Origin: Eledone cirrhosa
Lineage: Eukaryota
NCBI GenBank assembly: GCA_964016885.1
Contig: OZ024741.1
Location: 121,086,001 to 121,150,000, forward strand
Length of the DNA stretch: 64,000 nt
Direction: 5' to 3'
Position numbers and translations under genes: made by a program
Part shown: positions 1 to 13,283 of the stretch, in pieces
How the letters are laid out: the number at the start of each line of letters is the position of its first letter
Position numbering within the stretch: position 1 is the stretch's first letter
The notes under the pieces: generated by a model
Databases searched by the model: none
The model's input: the letters and a program-made list of their open reading frames with translations, nothing else
Told to the model about the DNA's origin: nothing

Positions 1-171
1 CGGTAGAGGGTCGGACGCCATGCTTTCTAGCATAGTTACGTCCCTTTACAGTCTGAGTTCAAATCCCACCGAGGTTAACTTTGCCTTTCATCCTTACGAG
101 GTCGATAAAATAAAGTACCAGTAATGCACTTGGTAATTGCTGGCCTTGTGCCTAAAGTAGAAACAATTATT
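1..171 (+). mobile_element. tRNA-derived SINE, family A (cut by window edge)
   Basis: B-box-like GAGTTCAAATCCC, core TTGCCTTTCATCCTTACGAGGTCGATAAAATAAAGTACCAG, tail GGCCTTGTGCCTAAAGTAGAAACAATTATT; many similar copies in the window. Confidence 0.8.
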
Positions 172-357
172 ATGAAATAGATAGAAAGACAGGACATTAA
201 CAGTGAAGGAGAGCATGTTCCAATGCAGTTATTTATACGAGACTGTCATTCCCGTGTGGGTCTGTACATCCATCACCGACATTGCACCACCATCAGGTGC
301 GGAAACAAAATTCTCCTGGCACAAACCCGTGGTCTTTCTGCTAATCTCTCCCTCTCG

Positions 358-423
<66 letters not shown>

Positions 424-428
<5 letters not shown>

Positions 429-487
429 ATAATAATAAATTTGAAGACTAAAATAAAGTGCTTAAACTTTAATCTGTTATTTTAATA

Positions 488-521
<34 letters not shown>

Positions 522-596
522 CGGTTCTTATATATTTGATATATATTTATCCTTATCGAGCCCTCTTTGGATTTTAGTCTTCAAATTTATTATTAT

Positions 597-601
<5 letters not shown>
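424..601. repeat. Short element with 31-bp terminal inverted repeats between (TA)n tracts
   Basis: 424-454 is the reverse complement of 571-601; the interior matches the reverse complement of the repeat at 47391-48331. Confidence 0.7.
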
Positions 602-633
<32 letters not shown>

Positions 634-705
634 AACTCTACTATCCTAAGTATTGAGTACTCTGGTGCGTTATGGTCCATCTGATTCCTTACCACACCTC
701 CTTCG

Positions 706-741
<36 letters not shown>

Positions 742-743
<2 letters not shown>

Positions 744-1665
744 TCATCATCATTTTACATCCGCTTTTCCCTGCTTGCAAGGGTGGAACGGTTCCTATTC
801 ACCACTGCATATCTCCATTCGTCACGCTCCTTTGTCATCTCTCCTGTGTGCTTCAGTGATCTGAGGTCAGCTCCCACAACCTCCGCCCATGGTTTTCGAG
901 GTCTTCCTCTACTGCGTCTTCCTTCCACTGGGATTTCTTGGCACTTCTTTACTCAGCGGTCCTCCTCCATGCGCATCACATGTCCATACCAACGCAGTCT
1001 TCTCTCCCGCACACTATAGCCTATCCCTCTAATACACAATTTCTCTCTCAACTCGTCTATGCTTGGTCGTTCCCGCACATTAACATTGCACATCCAACGG
1101 AGCATGCCTGTTTCATTTCTCACTACATCTCTTGTGTACCCAAGATCTGGATTGTGTACATTTTATAGTATTTATGCCAACTCCTTTTCTACATATCGAA
1201 CATGGCCATTTCCCTGATGGAATCAGAGTTTTGTTCTCTTTTTTACTTATAAACACTTTAGTCTTAGCTAGGTTCACTCTCAGTCCTCTTGATTCCAACT
1301 GCTGTTTCCATATCCAGAATTTATTCTCCAGCTCCTCTACTGATTCTGCTATGAGTACCAGATCATCAGCATAGAGAAGTTCCCATGGGCAGCCAGTCAT
1401 AAACTCCTCTGTTATGGCTTGGCGGACTATAATGAAGAAGAGCGGGCTGAGGACCGAACTCTGATGTACACCTACTTGTATCTGGAATTCCTCACTAAAC
1501 TCCATTCCTACTCTCACTTTACTGACAGCACGCCTGTACATAGCTAGCACTATCCTCACAAGCCATTCCTCTACACCTAGTTTCCTTAGGGACCACCAGA
1601 TGACAGATCGGGGTACTCTATCAAGGCCTTCTCTAGGTCAACAAAAGCTAAGTATAGTGGCTTAT
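742..1665 (-). mobile_element. RTE-clade LINE fragment (RT, Cys/His motif, 3' end), degraded
   Basis: ORF 1113-1559 has GVHQSSVLSPLFF, LLYADDLVL and CSICRKGVG...WVHKRCS. Frameshifts and an internal deletion are present, with a (GAT)n tail at 742-752. Confidence 0.85.
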
Positions 1666-1872
1666 TGGATTGCCTTTTATTTTGTGTACCTATCTTCTGT
1701 GACCCTGTTTCTATTTTTGTACTCCTGAAGAAGGGCTAAAATCCGACACGTCGAACTTTCTTTCCCCTTTTCCATATAAAGCGTGAAACTAATAAGACAT
1801 GTTGTATCTCTGTTAGTCGTTTGCTTGAACTATATATATTAAGTAATGACTTAATTCAGTCACCGTAATTAA

Positions 1873-2005
1873 TATTGTTTCTACTTTTGGCACAAGGCCA
1901 GCAATGAACCAGTATATTACTGGTACTTTATTTTATCGACCCCGTAAGGATGAAAGGCAAAGTTAATCTCGACGGGATTTGAACTCAGGCCGTAATGGGA
2001 CGTAA
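1873..2005 (-). mobile_element. SINE family A, partial
   Basis: Reverse complement of the family A core and tail. Confidence 0.7.
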
Positions 2006-2244
2006 CTCTGCTAGTCACCGTAATTAATATTAATTAACATTCACCGAAAACAACCGACTGCCTCGCATTCTACAATACAAAACTGTTCATATTTATAAAA
2101 AAAGCTTTCACCATTCTTTTATGTAAGAATATTTTATATGTTACAAACGCTTAACAATGAGCTAATTATATTTCAAAAACATTTAAAACAATATTTGGTG
2201 ACTTTCATTAGAAATATAGCAACGAAAGGGATAATGCTCCATAG

Positions 2245-2432
2245 CAGGCATGTCAAACTGAGGGTCCCCCGAGGGCCACATGGGTCACATATGTGTTGTT
2301 TGAGGGCCATACACGACAACTAATTGCGTACATTACAACTAATTTTACGAAGATAAAACATGTTCGCGCTGTAAAAAACCGTTGTTCGGGCCGCAGGTGT
2401 GTTTGTAAAGGGTCGCACGTTTGACATGCCTG
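2245..2432. mobile_element. hAT-type MITE
   Basis: TIRs CAGGCATGTCAAAC/GTTTGACATGCCTG; 8-bp TSD CTCCATAG/CTCTATAG with one mismatch. Confidence 0.8.
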
Positions 2433-2528
2433 CTCTATAGACATCTAAAATTTCCTCCGGGGACACGCCTTCTCTATTCTGTCCGCCGGGGCCGTGGGAC
2501 GGCCAGCGTGTGGGACTCCATTTTGCTC

Positions 2529-2566
<38 letters not shown>

Positions 2567-2581
2567 TATTATTATTGTTAT

Positions 2582-2866
2582 TACTCTTTGAGTCTCAGTC
2601 ATTGATGTTAGTTAACTGGAAAGTTTGTTGAAATGAATATCAAGCCACTACCTGCAGCCTCAGATATTCAGGACGTATCGGAGGGTTCTTGCTGTTCCCA
2701 GCAAGCATGCCTTTTGAAGCGTTCCAAAAAGCGTGAAGGGGCCAATTTTCTTTAACCATCCCTGGAAACTTTTTGAGATAGTCCCTAGTGCGCCTATGAC
2801 AATCGGGATCACTTTGACTTCATGGCAGTTCCAAATCCTTTTTACCTCCCACTTTAAGTCCTGGTA
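2582..2866 (-). mobile_element. 3' fragment of a restriction-like-endonuclease non-LTR element (R4/Dong-like)
   Basis: YQDLKWEVKRIWN...VIPIVIGALGTI...LQKACLLGTARTLR is a typical RLE C-terminus. It abuts (TAA)n/(TTA)n at the 3' end and (TTC)n at the 5' end. Confidence 0.7.
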
Positions 2867-3458
2867 TTCTTCTTCTTCTTCTTCTTCTTCTTCTTCTTCT
2901 TCTTCTTCTTCTTCTTCTTCTTCTTCTTCTTCTTCTTCTTCTACCACCTGAGAGGGCTGCGCGCGCGCGCGCGCGTGTGAGTGTGTGTTAGGTCAAAGCA
3001 CGCCTTCCAGCGGGTCCTGTTAGAAGAACGACTAACTGTCTCCAATTGACCCGGATAAATCTACAAGCGAGGGTTACAACAATGATGATTAAAAAAAACA
3101 AATAAATATGCCAGATATAAGATGAATGACTAGACTGAAACATATTTAACGAGGAGTAGAAGCGAGCAGAAAGCATTAAGTAAAGTGTATAGCGAATCTC
3201 GCCAAACTTCAACTGGATTAACTGGTATTAACTAATTAGACTTCATCCATCAACACGTGTAACACCACCATCTGGTCTTTGAGTGATGTTAGCAGAGTTG
3301 AAAAGTTCACTGAGTTGTATGCCATTTGGGTCAGACCTGTGGTTTGAGAGCAACTTTCTTCATTCCTCCATTCCTCTCACCAATTTCATAGACCCTGAAA
3401 ATATAGAGTCATAACCAACGTTCCTTCTCAGCTGCTGCACAGGTGTGCGCAATCACCC

Positions 3459-6400
3459 TGTTGGTGTCACGCAGTCGCCGTGTTGGTGTCGTGCAGTCGC
3501 TCTGTTGGTGTCGCGCAGTCGCTGTGTTGGTGTCACGCAGTCACTCTGTTGGTGTCGCGCAGTCGCTGTGTTGGTATCGCGCAGACGCTGTGTTGGTATC
3601 ACGCAGTCACTGTATTGGTGTCACGCAGTCACTGTATTGGTGTCACGCAGTCGCTGTATTGGTGTCACGCAGTCACTGTATTGGTGTCACGCAGTCACTG
3701 TATTGGTGTCACGCAGTCGCTGTATTGGTGTCACGCAGTCACTGTATTGGTGTCACGCAGTCACTGTATTGGTGTCACGCAGTCACTGTATTGGTGTCAC
3801 GCAGTCACTGTATTGGTGTCACGCAGTCGTTGTATTGGTGTCACGCAGTCACTGTATTGGTGTCACGCAGTCGCTGTGTTGGTGTCACGCAGTCACTGTA
3901 TTGGTGTCACGCAGTCACTGTATTGGTGTCACGCAGTCACTGTATTGGTGTCACGCAGTCACTCTGTTGGTGTCACGCAGTCGCTGTATTGGTGTCACGC
4001 AGTCGCTGTATTGGTGTCACGCAGTCGCTGTATTGGTGTCACGCAGTCACTGTATTGGTGTCACGCAGTCGCTGTATTGGTGTCACGCAGTCACTGTATT
4101 GGTGTCACGCAGTCGCTGTATTGGTGTCACGCAGTCACTGTATTGGTGTCACACAGTCACTGTATTGGTGTCACGCAGTCGCTGTATTGGTGTCACGCAG
4201 TCACTCTGTTGGTGTCACGCAGTCACTGAAATGGTGTCACGCAGTCGCTGTATTGGTGTCACGCACTCACTGTATTGGTGTCACGCAGTCGCTGTATTGG
4301 TCTCACGCACTCACTGTATTGGTGTCACGCACTCACTCTGTTGGTGTCGCGCAGTCGCTGTGTTGGTGTCACGCACTCACTGTATTGGTGTCACGCACTC
4401 ACTCTGTTGGTGTCACGCAGTCTCTGTATTGGTGTCACGCAGTCGCTGTATTGGTGTCACGCAGTCACTCTGTTGGTGTCACGCAGTCGCTGTATTGGTG
4501 TCACGCACTCACTGTATTGGTGTCACGCACTCACTCTGTTGGTGTCACGCAGTCGCTGTATTGGTGTCACGCACTCACTGTATTGGTGTCACGCACTCAC
4601 TCTGTTGGTGTCACGCAGTCTCTGTATTGGTGTCACGCAGTCGCTGTATTGGTGTCACGCAGTCACTCTGTTGGTGTCACGCAGTCGCTGTATTGGTGTC
4701 ACGCAGTCACTGTATTGGTGTCACGCAGTCGCTGTATTGGTGTCACGCAGTCACTGTATTGGTGTCACGCAGTCGCTGTGTTGGTGTCACGCAGTCACTG
4801 TATTGGTGTCACGCAGTCACTGTATTGGTGTCACGCAGTCACTGTATTGGTGTCACGCAGTCACTGTATTGGTGTCACGCAGTCACTCTGTTGTTGTCAC
4901 GCAGTCGCTGTATTGGTGTCACGCAGTCACTGTATTGCTGTCACGCAGTCACTGTATTGGTGTCACGCAGTCACTGTATTGGTGTCACGCAGTCGCTGTA
5001 TTGGTGTCACGCAGTCGCTGTATTGGTGTTACGCAGTCGCTGTATTGGTGTCACGCAGTCTCTGTATTGGTGTCACGCAGTCACTGTATTGGTGTCACGC
5101 AGTCACTGTATTGGTGTCACGCAGTCGCTGTATTGGTGTCACGCAGTCGCTGTATTGGTGTCACGCAGTCACTGTATTGGTGTCAGGCAGTCGCTGTATT
5201 GGTGTCACGCAGTCGCTGTATTGGTGACACGCAGTCGCTGTATTGGTGTCACGCAGTCGCTGTATTGGTGTCACGCAGTCACTGTATTGGTGTCACGCAT
5301 TCGGTGTATTGGTGTCACGCAGTCGTTGGATTGGTGTCACGCAGTCACTGTGTTGGTGTCACGCAGTCGCTGTATTGGTGTCACGCAGTCACTGTGTTGG
5401 TGTCACGCAGTCGCTGTATTGGTGTCACGCAGTCTCTGTATTGGTGTCACGCAGTCACTGTATTGGTGACACGCAGTCGCTGTATTGGTGTCACGCAGTC
5501 GCTGTATTGGTGTCACGCAGTCACTGTATTGGTGTCACGCATTCGCTGTATTGGTGTCACGCAGTCGTTGGATTGGTGTCACGCAGTCACTGTGTTGGTG
5601 TCACGCAGTCGCTGTATTGGTGTCACGCAGTCACTGTGTTGGTGTCACGCAGTCGCTGTATTGGTGTCACGCAGTCACTGTATTGGCGTCAAGCAATCAC
5701 TGTATTGGTGTCACGCAGTCACTGTATTGGTGTCACGCAGTCACTCTGTTGGTGTCACGTAGTCGCTGTATTGGTGTCACGCAGTCACTCTGTTGATGTC
5801 GCGCAGTCGCTGTGTTGGTATCGCGCAGACGCTGTGTTGGTATCACGCAGTCACTGTATTGGTGTCACGCAGTCACTGTATTGGTGTTACGCAGTCGCTC
5901 TATTGGTGTCACGCAGTCACTGTATTGGTGTCACGCAGTCACTGTATTGGTGTCACGCAGTAGCTGTATTGGTGTCACGCAGTCACTTTATTGGTGTCAC
6001 GCAGTCACTGTATTGGTGTCACGCAGTCACTGTATTGGTGTCACGCAGTCGCTGTATTGGTGTCACGCAGTCGCTGTATTGGTGTCACGCAGTCGCTGTA
6101 TTGGTGTCACGCAGTCGTTGGATTGGTGTCACGCAGTCACTGTGTTGGTGTCACGCAGTCGCTGTATTGGTGTCACGCAGTCACTGTATTGGTGTCACGC
6201 AGTCACTGTATTGGTGTCACGCAGTCACTGTATTGGTGTCAAGCAGTCACTGTATTGGTGTCACGCAGTCACTGTATTGGTGTCACGCAGTCACTGTATT
6301 GGTGTCACGCAGTCTCTGTATTGGTGTCACGCAGTCGCTCTGTTGGTGTCACGCAGTCGCTGTATTGGTGTCACGCAGTCACTGTATTGGTGTCACGCAG

Positions 6401-9400
6401 TCACTCTGTTGGTGTCACGCAGTCACTGTATTGGTGTCACGCAGTCGCTGTATTGGTGTCACGCAGTCGCTGTATTGGTGTCACGCAGTCGCTGTATTGG
6501 TGTCACGCAGTCTCTGTATTGGTGTCACACAGTCACTGTATTGGTGTCACGCAGTCTCTGTATTGGTGTCACGCAGTCACTGTATTGGTGTCACGCAGTC
6601 ACTGTATTGGTGTCACGCAGTCGCTGTATTGGTGTCACGCAGTCGCTGTATTGGTGTCACGCAGTCGCTGTATTGGTGTCACGCAGTCGCTGTATTGGTG
6701 TCACGCAGTCGCTGTATTGGTGTCACGCAGTCGCTGTATTGGTGTCGCGCAGTCACTGTATTGGTGTCACGCAGTCGCTGTATTGGTGTCACGCAGTCGC
6801 TGTATTGGTGTCACGCAGTCACTGTATTGGTGTCACGCAGTCGCTGTATTGGTGTCACGCAGTCGCTGTATTGGTGACACGCAGTCGCTGTATTGGTGTC
6901 ACGCAGTCGCTGTATTGGTGTCACGCAGTCGTTGGATTGGTGTCACGCAGTCACTGTGTTGGTGTCACGCAGTCGCTGTATTGGTGTCACGCAGTCACTG
7001 TATTGGTGTCACGCAGTCACTGTATTGGTGTCACGCAGTCACTGTATTGGTGTCAAGCAGTCACTGTATTGGTGTCACGCAGTCTCTGTATTGGTGTCAC
7101 GCAGTCGCTCTGTTGGTGTCACGCAGTCGCTGTATTGGTGTCACGCAGTCACTGTATTGGTGTCACGCAGTCACTCTGTTGGTGTCACGCAGTCACTGTA
7201 TTGGTGTCACGCAGTCGCTGTATTGGTGTCACGCAGTCGCTGTATTGGTGTCACGCAGTCGCTGTATTGGTGTCACGCAGTCTCTGTATTGGTGTCACAC
7301 AGTCACTGTATTGGTGTCACGCAGTCTCTGTATTGGTGTCACGCAGTCACTGTATTGGTGTCACGCAGTCACTGTATTGGTGTCACGCAGTCGCTGTATT
7401 GGTGTCACGCAGTCGCTGTATTGGTGTCACGCAGTCGCTGTATTGGTGTCACGCAGTCGCTGTATTGGTGTCACGCAGTCGCTGTATTGGTGTCACGCAG
7501 TCGCTGTATTGGTGTCGCGCAGTCACTGTATTGGTGTCACGCAGTCGCTGTATTGGTGTCACGCAGTCGCTGTATTGGTGTCACGCAGTCACTGTATTGG
7601 TGTCACGCAGTCGCTGTATTGGTGTCACGCAGTCGCTGTATTGGTGACACGCAGTCGCTGTATTGGTGTCACGCAGTCGCTGTATTGGTGTCACGCAGTC
7701 ACTGTATTGGTGTCACGCATTCGCTGTATTGGTGTCACGCAGTCGTTGGATTGGTGTCACGCAGTCACTGTGTTGGTGTCACGCAGTCGCTGTATTGGTG
7801 TCACGCAGTCACTGTATTGGTGTCAAGCAGTCACTCTATTGGTGTCACGCAGTCACTGTATTGGTGTCACGCAGTCACTCTGTTGGTGTCACGCAGTCGC
7901 TGTATTGGTGTCACGCAGTCGCTGTATTGGTGTCACGCAGTCACTGTATTGGTGTCACGCAGTCACTGTATTGGTGTCACGCAGTCACTGTATTGGTGTC
8001 ACGCAGTCGCTGTATTGATGTCACGCAGTCGCTGTATTGGTGTCACGCAGTCACTGTATTGGTGTCACGCAGTCGCTGTATTGGTGTCACGCAGTCGCTG
8101 TATTGGTGTCACGCAGTCGCTGTATTGGTGTCACGCAGTCGCTGTATTGGTACCACGCAGTCGCTGTATTGGTGTCACGCAGTCGCTGTATTGGTGTCAC
8201 GCAGTCGTTGGATTGGTGTCACGCAGTCACTGTGTTGGTGTCACGCAGTCGCTGTATTGGTGTCACGCAGTCACTGTATTGGCGTCAAGCAATCACTGTA
8301 TTGGTGTCACGCAGTCACTGTATTGGTGTCACGCAGTCACTCTGTTGGTGTCACGTAGTCGCTGTATTGGTGTCACGCAGTCACTCTGTTGGTGTCGCGC
8401 AGTCGCTGTGTTGGTATCGCGCAGACGCTGTGTTGGTATCACGCAGTCACTGTATTGGTGTCACGCAGTCACTGTATTGGTGTTACGCAGTCGCTGTATT
8501 GGTGTCACGCAGTCACTGTATTGGTGTCACGCAGTCACTGTATTGGTGTCACGCAGTAGCTGTATTGGTGTCACGCAGTCACTGTATTGGTGTCACGCAG
8601 TCACTGTATTGGTGTCACGCAGTCACTGTATTGGTGTCACGCAGTCGCTGTATTGGTGTCACGCAGTCGCTGTATTGGTGTCACGCAGTCGCTGTATTGG
8701 TGTCACGCAGTCGTTGGATTGGTGTCACGCAGTCACTGTGTTGGTGTCACGCAGTCGCTGTATTGGTGTCACGCAGTCACTGTATTGGTGTCACGCAGTC
8801 ACTGTATTGGTGTCACGCAGTCACTGTATTGGTGTCAAGCAGTCACTGTATTGGTGTCACGCAGTCACTGTATTGGTGTCACGCAGTCACTCTGTTGGTG
8901 TCACGCAGTCGCTGTATTGGTGTCACGCAGTCGCTGTATTGGTGTCACGCAGTCGCTGTATTGGTGTCACGCAGTCACTGTATTGGTGTCACGCAGTCGC
9001 TGTATTGGTGTCACGCAGTCGCTGTATTGGTGTCACGCAGTCGCTGTATTGGTGTCACGCAGTCTCTGTATTGGTGTCACGCAGTCACTGTATTGGTGCC
9101 ACGCAGTCGCTGTATTGGTGTCACGCAGTCGCTGTATTGGTGTCACGCAGTCGCTGTATTGGTGTCACGCAGTCGCTGTATTGGTGTCACGCAGTCGCTG
9201 TATTGGTGTCACACAGTCACTGTATTGGTGCCACGCAGTCACTGTATTGGTGTCACGCAGTCTCTGTATTGGTGTCACGCAGTCGCTCTGTTGGTGTCAC
9301 GCAGTCGCTGTATTGGTGTCACGCAGTCACTGTATTGGTGTCACGCAGTCACTCTGTTGGTGTCACGCAGTCACTGTATTGGTGTCACGCAGTCGCTGTA

Positions 9401-10922
9401 TTGGTGTCACGCAGTCGCTGTATTGGTGTCACGCAGTCGCTGTATTGGTGTCACGCAGTCTCTGTATTGGTGTCACGCAGTCACTGTATTGGTGTCACGC
9501 AGTCACTGTATTGGTGTCACGCAGTCGCTGTATTGGTGTCACGCAGTCGCTGTATTGGTGTCACGCAGTCGCTGTATTGGTGTCACGCAGTCGCTGTATT
9601 GGTGTCACGCAGTCGCTGTATTGGTGTCACGCAGTCTCTGTATTGGTGTCACGCAGTCGCTGTATTGGTGTCACGCAGTCGCTGTATTGGTGTCACGCAG
9701 TCTCTGTATTGGTGTCACGCAGTCACTGTATTGGTGTCACGCAGTCACTATTGGTGTCACGCAGTCGCTGTATTGGTGTCACGCAGTCGCTGTATTGGTG
9801 TCACGCAGTCGCTGTATTGGTGTCACGCAGTCGCTGTATTGGTGCCACGCAGTCGCTGTATTGGTGTCACGCAGTCGCTGTATTGGTGTCACGCAGTCGC
9901 TGTATTGGTGTCACGCATTCGCTGTATTGGTGTCACGCAGTCGCTGTATTGGTGTCACACAGTCACTGTATTGGTGCCACGCAGTCACTGTATTGGTGTC
10001 ACGCAGTCTCTGTATTGGTGTCACGCAGTCGCTCTGTTGGTGTCACGCAGTCGCTGTATTGGTGTCACGCAGTCACTGTATTGGTGTCACGCAGTCACTC
10101 TGTTGGTGTCACGCAGTCACTGTATTGGTGTCACGCAGTCGCTGTATTGGTGTCACGCAGTCGCTGTATTGGTGTCACGCAGTCGCTGTATTGGTGTCAC
10201 GCAGTCTCTGTATTGGTGTCACGCAGTCACTGTATTGGTGTCACGCAGTCACTGTATTGGTGTCACGCAGTCGCTGTATTGGTGTCACGCAGTCGCTGTA
10301 TTGGTGTCACGCAGTCGCTGTATTGGTGTCACGCAGTCGCTGTATTGGTGTCACGCAGTCGCTGTATTGGTGTCACGCAGTCGCTGTATTGGTGTCACGC
10401 AGTCGCTGTATTGGTGTCACGCAGTCGTTGTATTGGTGTCACGCAGTCGCTGTATTGGTGTCACGCAGTCGTTGTATTGGTGTCACGCAGTCACTGTGTC
10501 GGTGTCACGCAGTCGCTGTATTGGTGTCACGCAGTCGCTGTATTGGTGTCACGCAGTCACTGTATTGGTGTCACGCAGTCGCTGTATTGGTGTCACGCAG
10601 TCGCTGTATTGGTGTCACGCAGTCGCTGTATTGGTGTCACGCAGTCGCTGTATTGGTGTCACGCAGTCACTGTGTTGGTGTCACGCAGTCGCTGTATTGG
10701 TGTCACGCAGTCGCTGTATTGGTGTCACGCAGTCACTGTATTGGTGTCACGCAGTCGCTGTATTGGTGTCACGCAGTCGCTGTATTGGTGTCACGCAGTC
10801 GCTGTATTGGTGTCACGCAGTCACTGTATTGGTGTCACGCAGTCGCTGTGTTGGTGTCACGCAGTCGCTGTATTGGTGTCACGCAGTCGCTGTATTGGTG
10901 TCGCGCAGTCGCTCTGTTGGTG
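3459..10922. repeat. 22-bp tandem satellite, consensus TGTATTGGTGTCACGCAGTCRC, about 340 copies
   Basis: The 22-nt period is directly visible; it produces the artefactual VLVSRSHCIGVTQSLYWCHAV ORFs. Confidence 0.98.
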
Positions 10923-10926
10923 CCGC

Positions 10927-11090
10927 CAGGGTCACCAAGAGAAATTTTGCAAGGCGGTACAAGACCCCTTTTGGACCCGAAACAAGCAAATAATTTTCTC
11001 AAAATGGATGTTTCATGGTTATTGTTGGTCTTTCTTAGCTCTTGGGCCCCGGAACAAAGTACCGGCTGGACCCCACTCTCATAGACCCTG
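10927..11090. mobile_element. hAT-type MITE inserted at the satellite edge
   Basis: TIR CAGGGTC/GACCCTG; perfect 8-bp TSD GGTGCCGC (10919-10926 and 11091-11098); degenerate satellite units continue to about 11145. Confidence 0.8.
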
Positions 11091-11299
11091 GGTGCCGCGC
11101 ATTCGCTGTGTTGGTGTCATGTAGTCACTGTATTGGTGTCGCACGCATCAAAATGTTGCCGCTCAATAACTATGAGTTGTCTCCACACTGTCACCAAATA
11201 TCTCGCTTAGTGGTTAGGAGAAGTGAGAGGAGGAAAGACAACGCCCCTGTCTCGAGGACACTGCATTTCCCTCTCTGACTAAGTGGCCAAAAATATCCT

Positions 11300-11730
11300 A
11301 AGCGTCAGACACCATGCTTTGCAGCATAGAGTTACGATCCTTTACGTTCTGAATTTAAATCCCGCCGAGGTTAGCTTTGCCTTTCATCCTTACAGGGTCG
11401 ATAAAATAAAGTACCAGTAATGCATTGTGGTCGATTTAATCGACTTTCCCTTTCCCCCCCAAATTACTGGCCTTGTGCCTATATAAGAAACCATTATTTA
11501 TACTCGTTTAAAGGTGGTGTATTGGCAGTATTGGTAGAGCGCCGGACAACATGCTTCGCGGTAGATAGTTACGGCCCTTTACATTCTGAGTTCAAATCTT
11601 ACCCAAGTCGTCTTTGGTTTTCATTCTTTTGGGGTTGATAAAATAAAGTATCAATAAAGTAGTAGGGTTGATTTAATCGACTTTCCCCTTCCTCCAAATT
11701 ACTGGCCTTGTGCCTTAATTAGAAATCATC
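11300..11730 (+). mobile_element. Two tandem family A-related SINE copies
   Basis: Family A core present twice, each with a longer GTCGATTTAATCGAC-type segment. Confidence 0.7.
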
Positions 11731-12649
11731 ATTCACACACGTTTGTAGGGTTTCGTTAAAGAAAAGGTTATTTTAGAATTAAGCTTAAATATAATTTCTA
11801 ATTAGATTTGATTATATTTGATTGTTGTTGTTATTGGTAGAGGTGGTGGCTTCGGCAGCGGCTAAAGTGTTGGTGGTGGTATGTTTTAAATCTATTATGG
11901 TGATGCTTAAGGTATTTCAATACTATTTTTTATGATTTCGTTTTGTAAATTAAAAAAATAATATATATTTGATTCTATGTATGTGAGTGATTCTGTGAAT
12001 TTGATGTCTGTTAAGTACCCCCAGATTTAACTTCAGAAATCTCCAATCAAAGTAAATCCCCACAAATGGATTTTAAATCCACCAATTAATAGGATAAAGT
12101 GTCTATTTTAATGAAAAACCAAATCGTTAGATCGTCGAACAAAATGCTTTATGGCATTAAGTTAGGGATCTGAGATCAGATTTCGCCGAGATTAACTTTT
12201 CATATTTTTGAGATCGACAAATAAAGTACTAGTTCAATAGTGGTGTGGAGTTTCCCTCTATATTCTATTTCTCACTTCTCTCTCGCATACGCACACATAC
12301 ACTCTCTATATTTCTCCGTGCTCCGACCAGGAGAGGGATAAGCTCCGTCAGGTTTAAAAGTCTGTCATGATGGCTCCCCTACGACTCTATCAAGAGTTAA
12401 GGGACAAAGACAATTGTTTAAAAAAATTAAACAATAATATAAAACAGTGGTTTTTAATTTAGTCACAAACTCCCAGTTAATTTTTGGGCAAAAGAAAATA
12501 TGATTAAATCAACCCAGCTACGTGACTAGTTCTTTATTTTATTGACTCCGGATTGATGAAAGGTAAAGTTGAGATTTGAACTCAGAACGTAAAAACCCAA
12601 AACAAATACTGCCAAGTATTTGTCCGACACTCTACCGAAAGAATACGAT

Positions 12650-13008
12650 TGCGAATACAAGCGGCCGAAATGGGATTCCTCCTAAGGGTCTTTGGCGTAA
12701 CGCTACTTGATAAAGTGCGTAACTCGGAGATTAAAGAGTCACTCCAGGTAGAGCCGCTACTTCTCCGAATTGAGAGATCACATCTCCGATACTATGGGCA
12801 TGTCTAAGGACAGAATCGCTGGAGAAATTTTACGGGCAAAACCAACCGGCAGGAGACCCAGGGTTAGACCTCGAGCAAGATGGTCATGCTTGGGGATCCA
12901 GCCGGATCAGTTGGAGACGGTTGCCTCTGACAGGACCCACTGGAAGGGGTGTTTGAAGACTACGCCTACGACCCTCTCAGGAATAAGTGGGCAAAGACGA
13001 AGAAGACT
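12650..13008 (+). mobile_element. RTE-clade LINE 3' fragment
   Basis: Translates as IQAAEMGFLLRVFGVTLLDKVRNSEIK...GRRPRVRPRARW, with frameshifts and a GAA-type tail. Confidence 0.75.
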
Positions 13009-13248
13009 TTACCTATTCAGTGACATCACCGCCCAATAGCGTAAGATATTACAATTGTACGATGTCTTACATATGACATGGTGTTAAGATTATTGTGAAA
13101 AAGAAAGTAAAATAAATATAGGCTGGAGGAGAAGGTTACATGAAGTTGAAAGGAGAGAGAGGTGAATGCACAATAAAGGAAAGAAGAAATAAGGTTAACA
13201 AGAGAGTCATAATAATACAAGGAAGGAAAGGAAATGTAATATCAAGGC

Positions 13249-13283
<35 letters not shown>

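Noticed and set aside
203-451. IYIY, CVCV, HTHT and MYVC ORFs throughout the window
   Set aside because: Microsatellite translations.
1721-1756. CTGAAGA...GACACGTC hammerhead-like motif
   Set aside because: GAAA is mutated to GACA and stem I does not pair; at best a decayed relic.
3443-11124. ORFs of 100-1366 aa, and a possible CRISPR-like array
   Set aside because: Pure 22-bp tandem repeat with no unique spacers; the ORFs arise because the unit lacks plus-strand stops.
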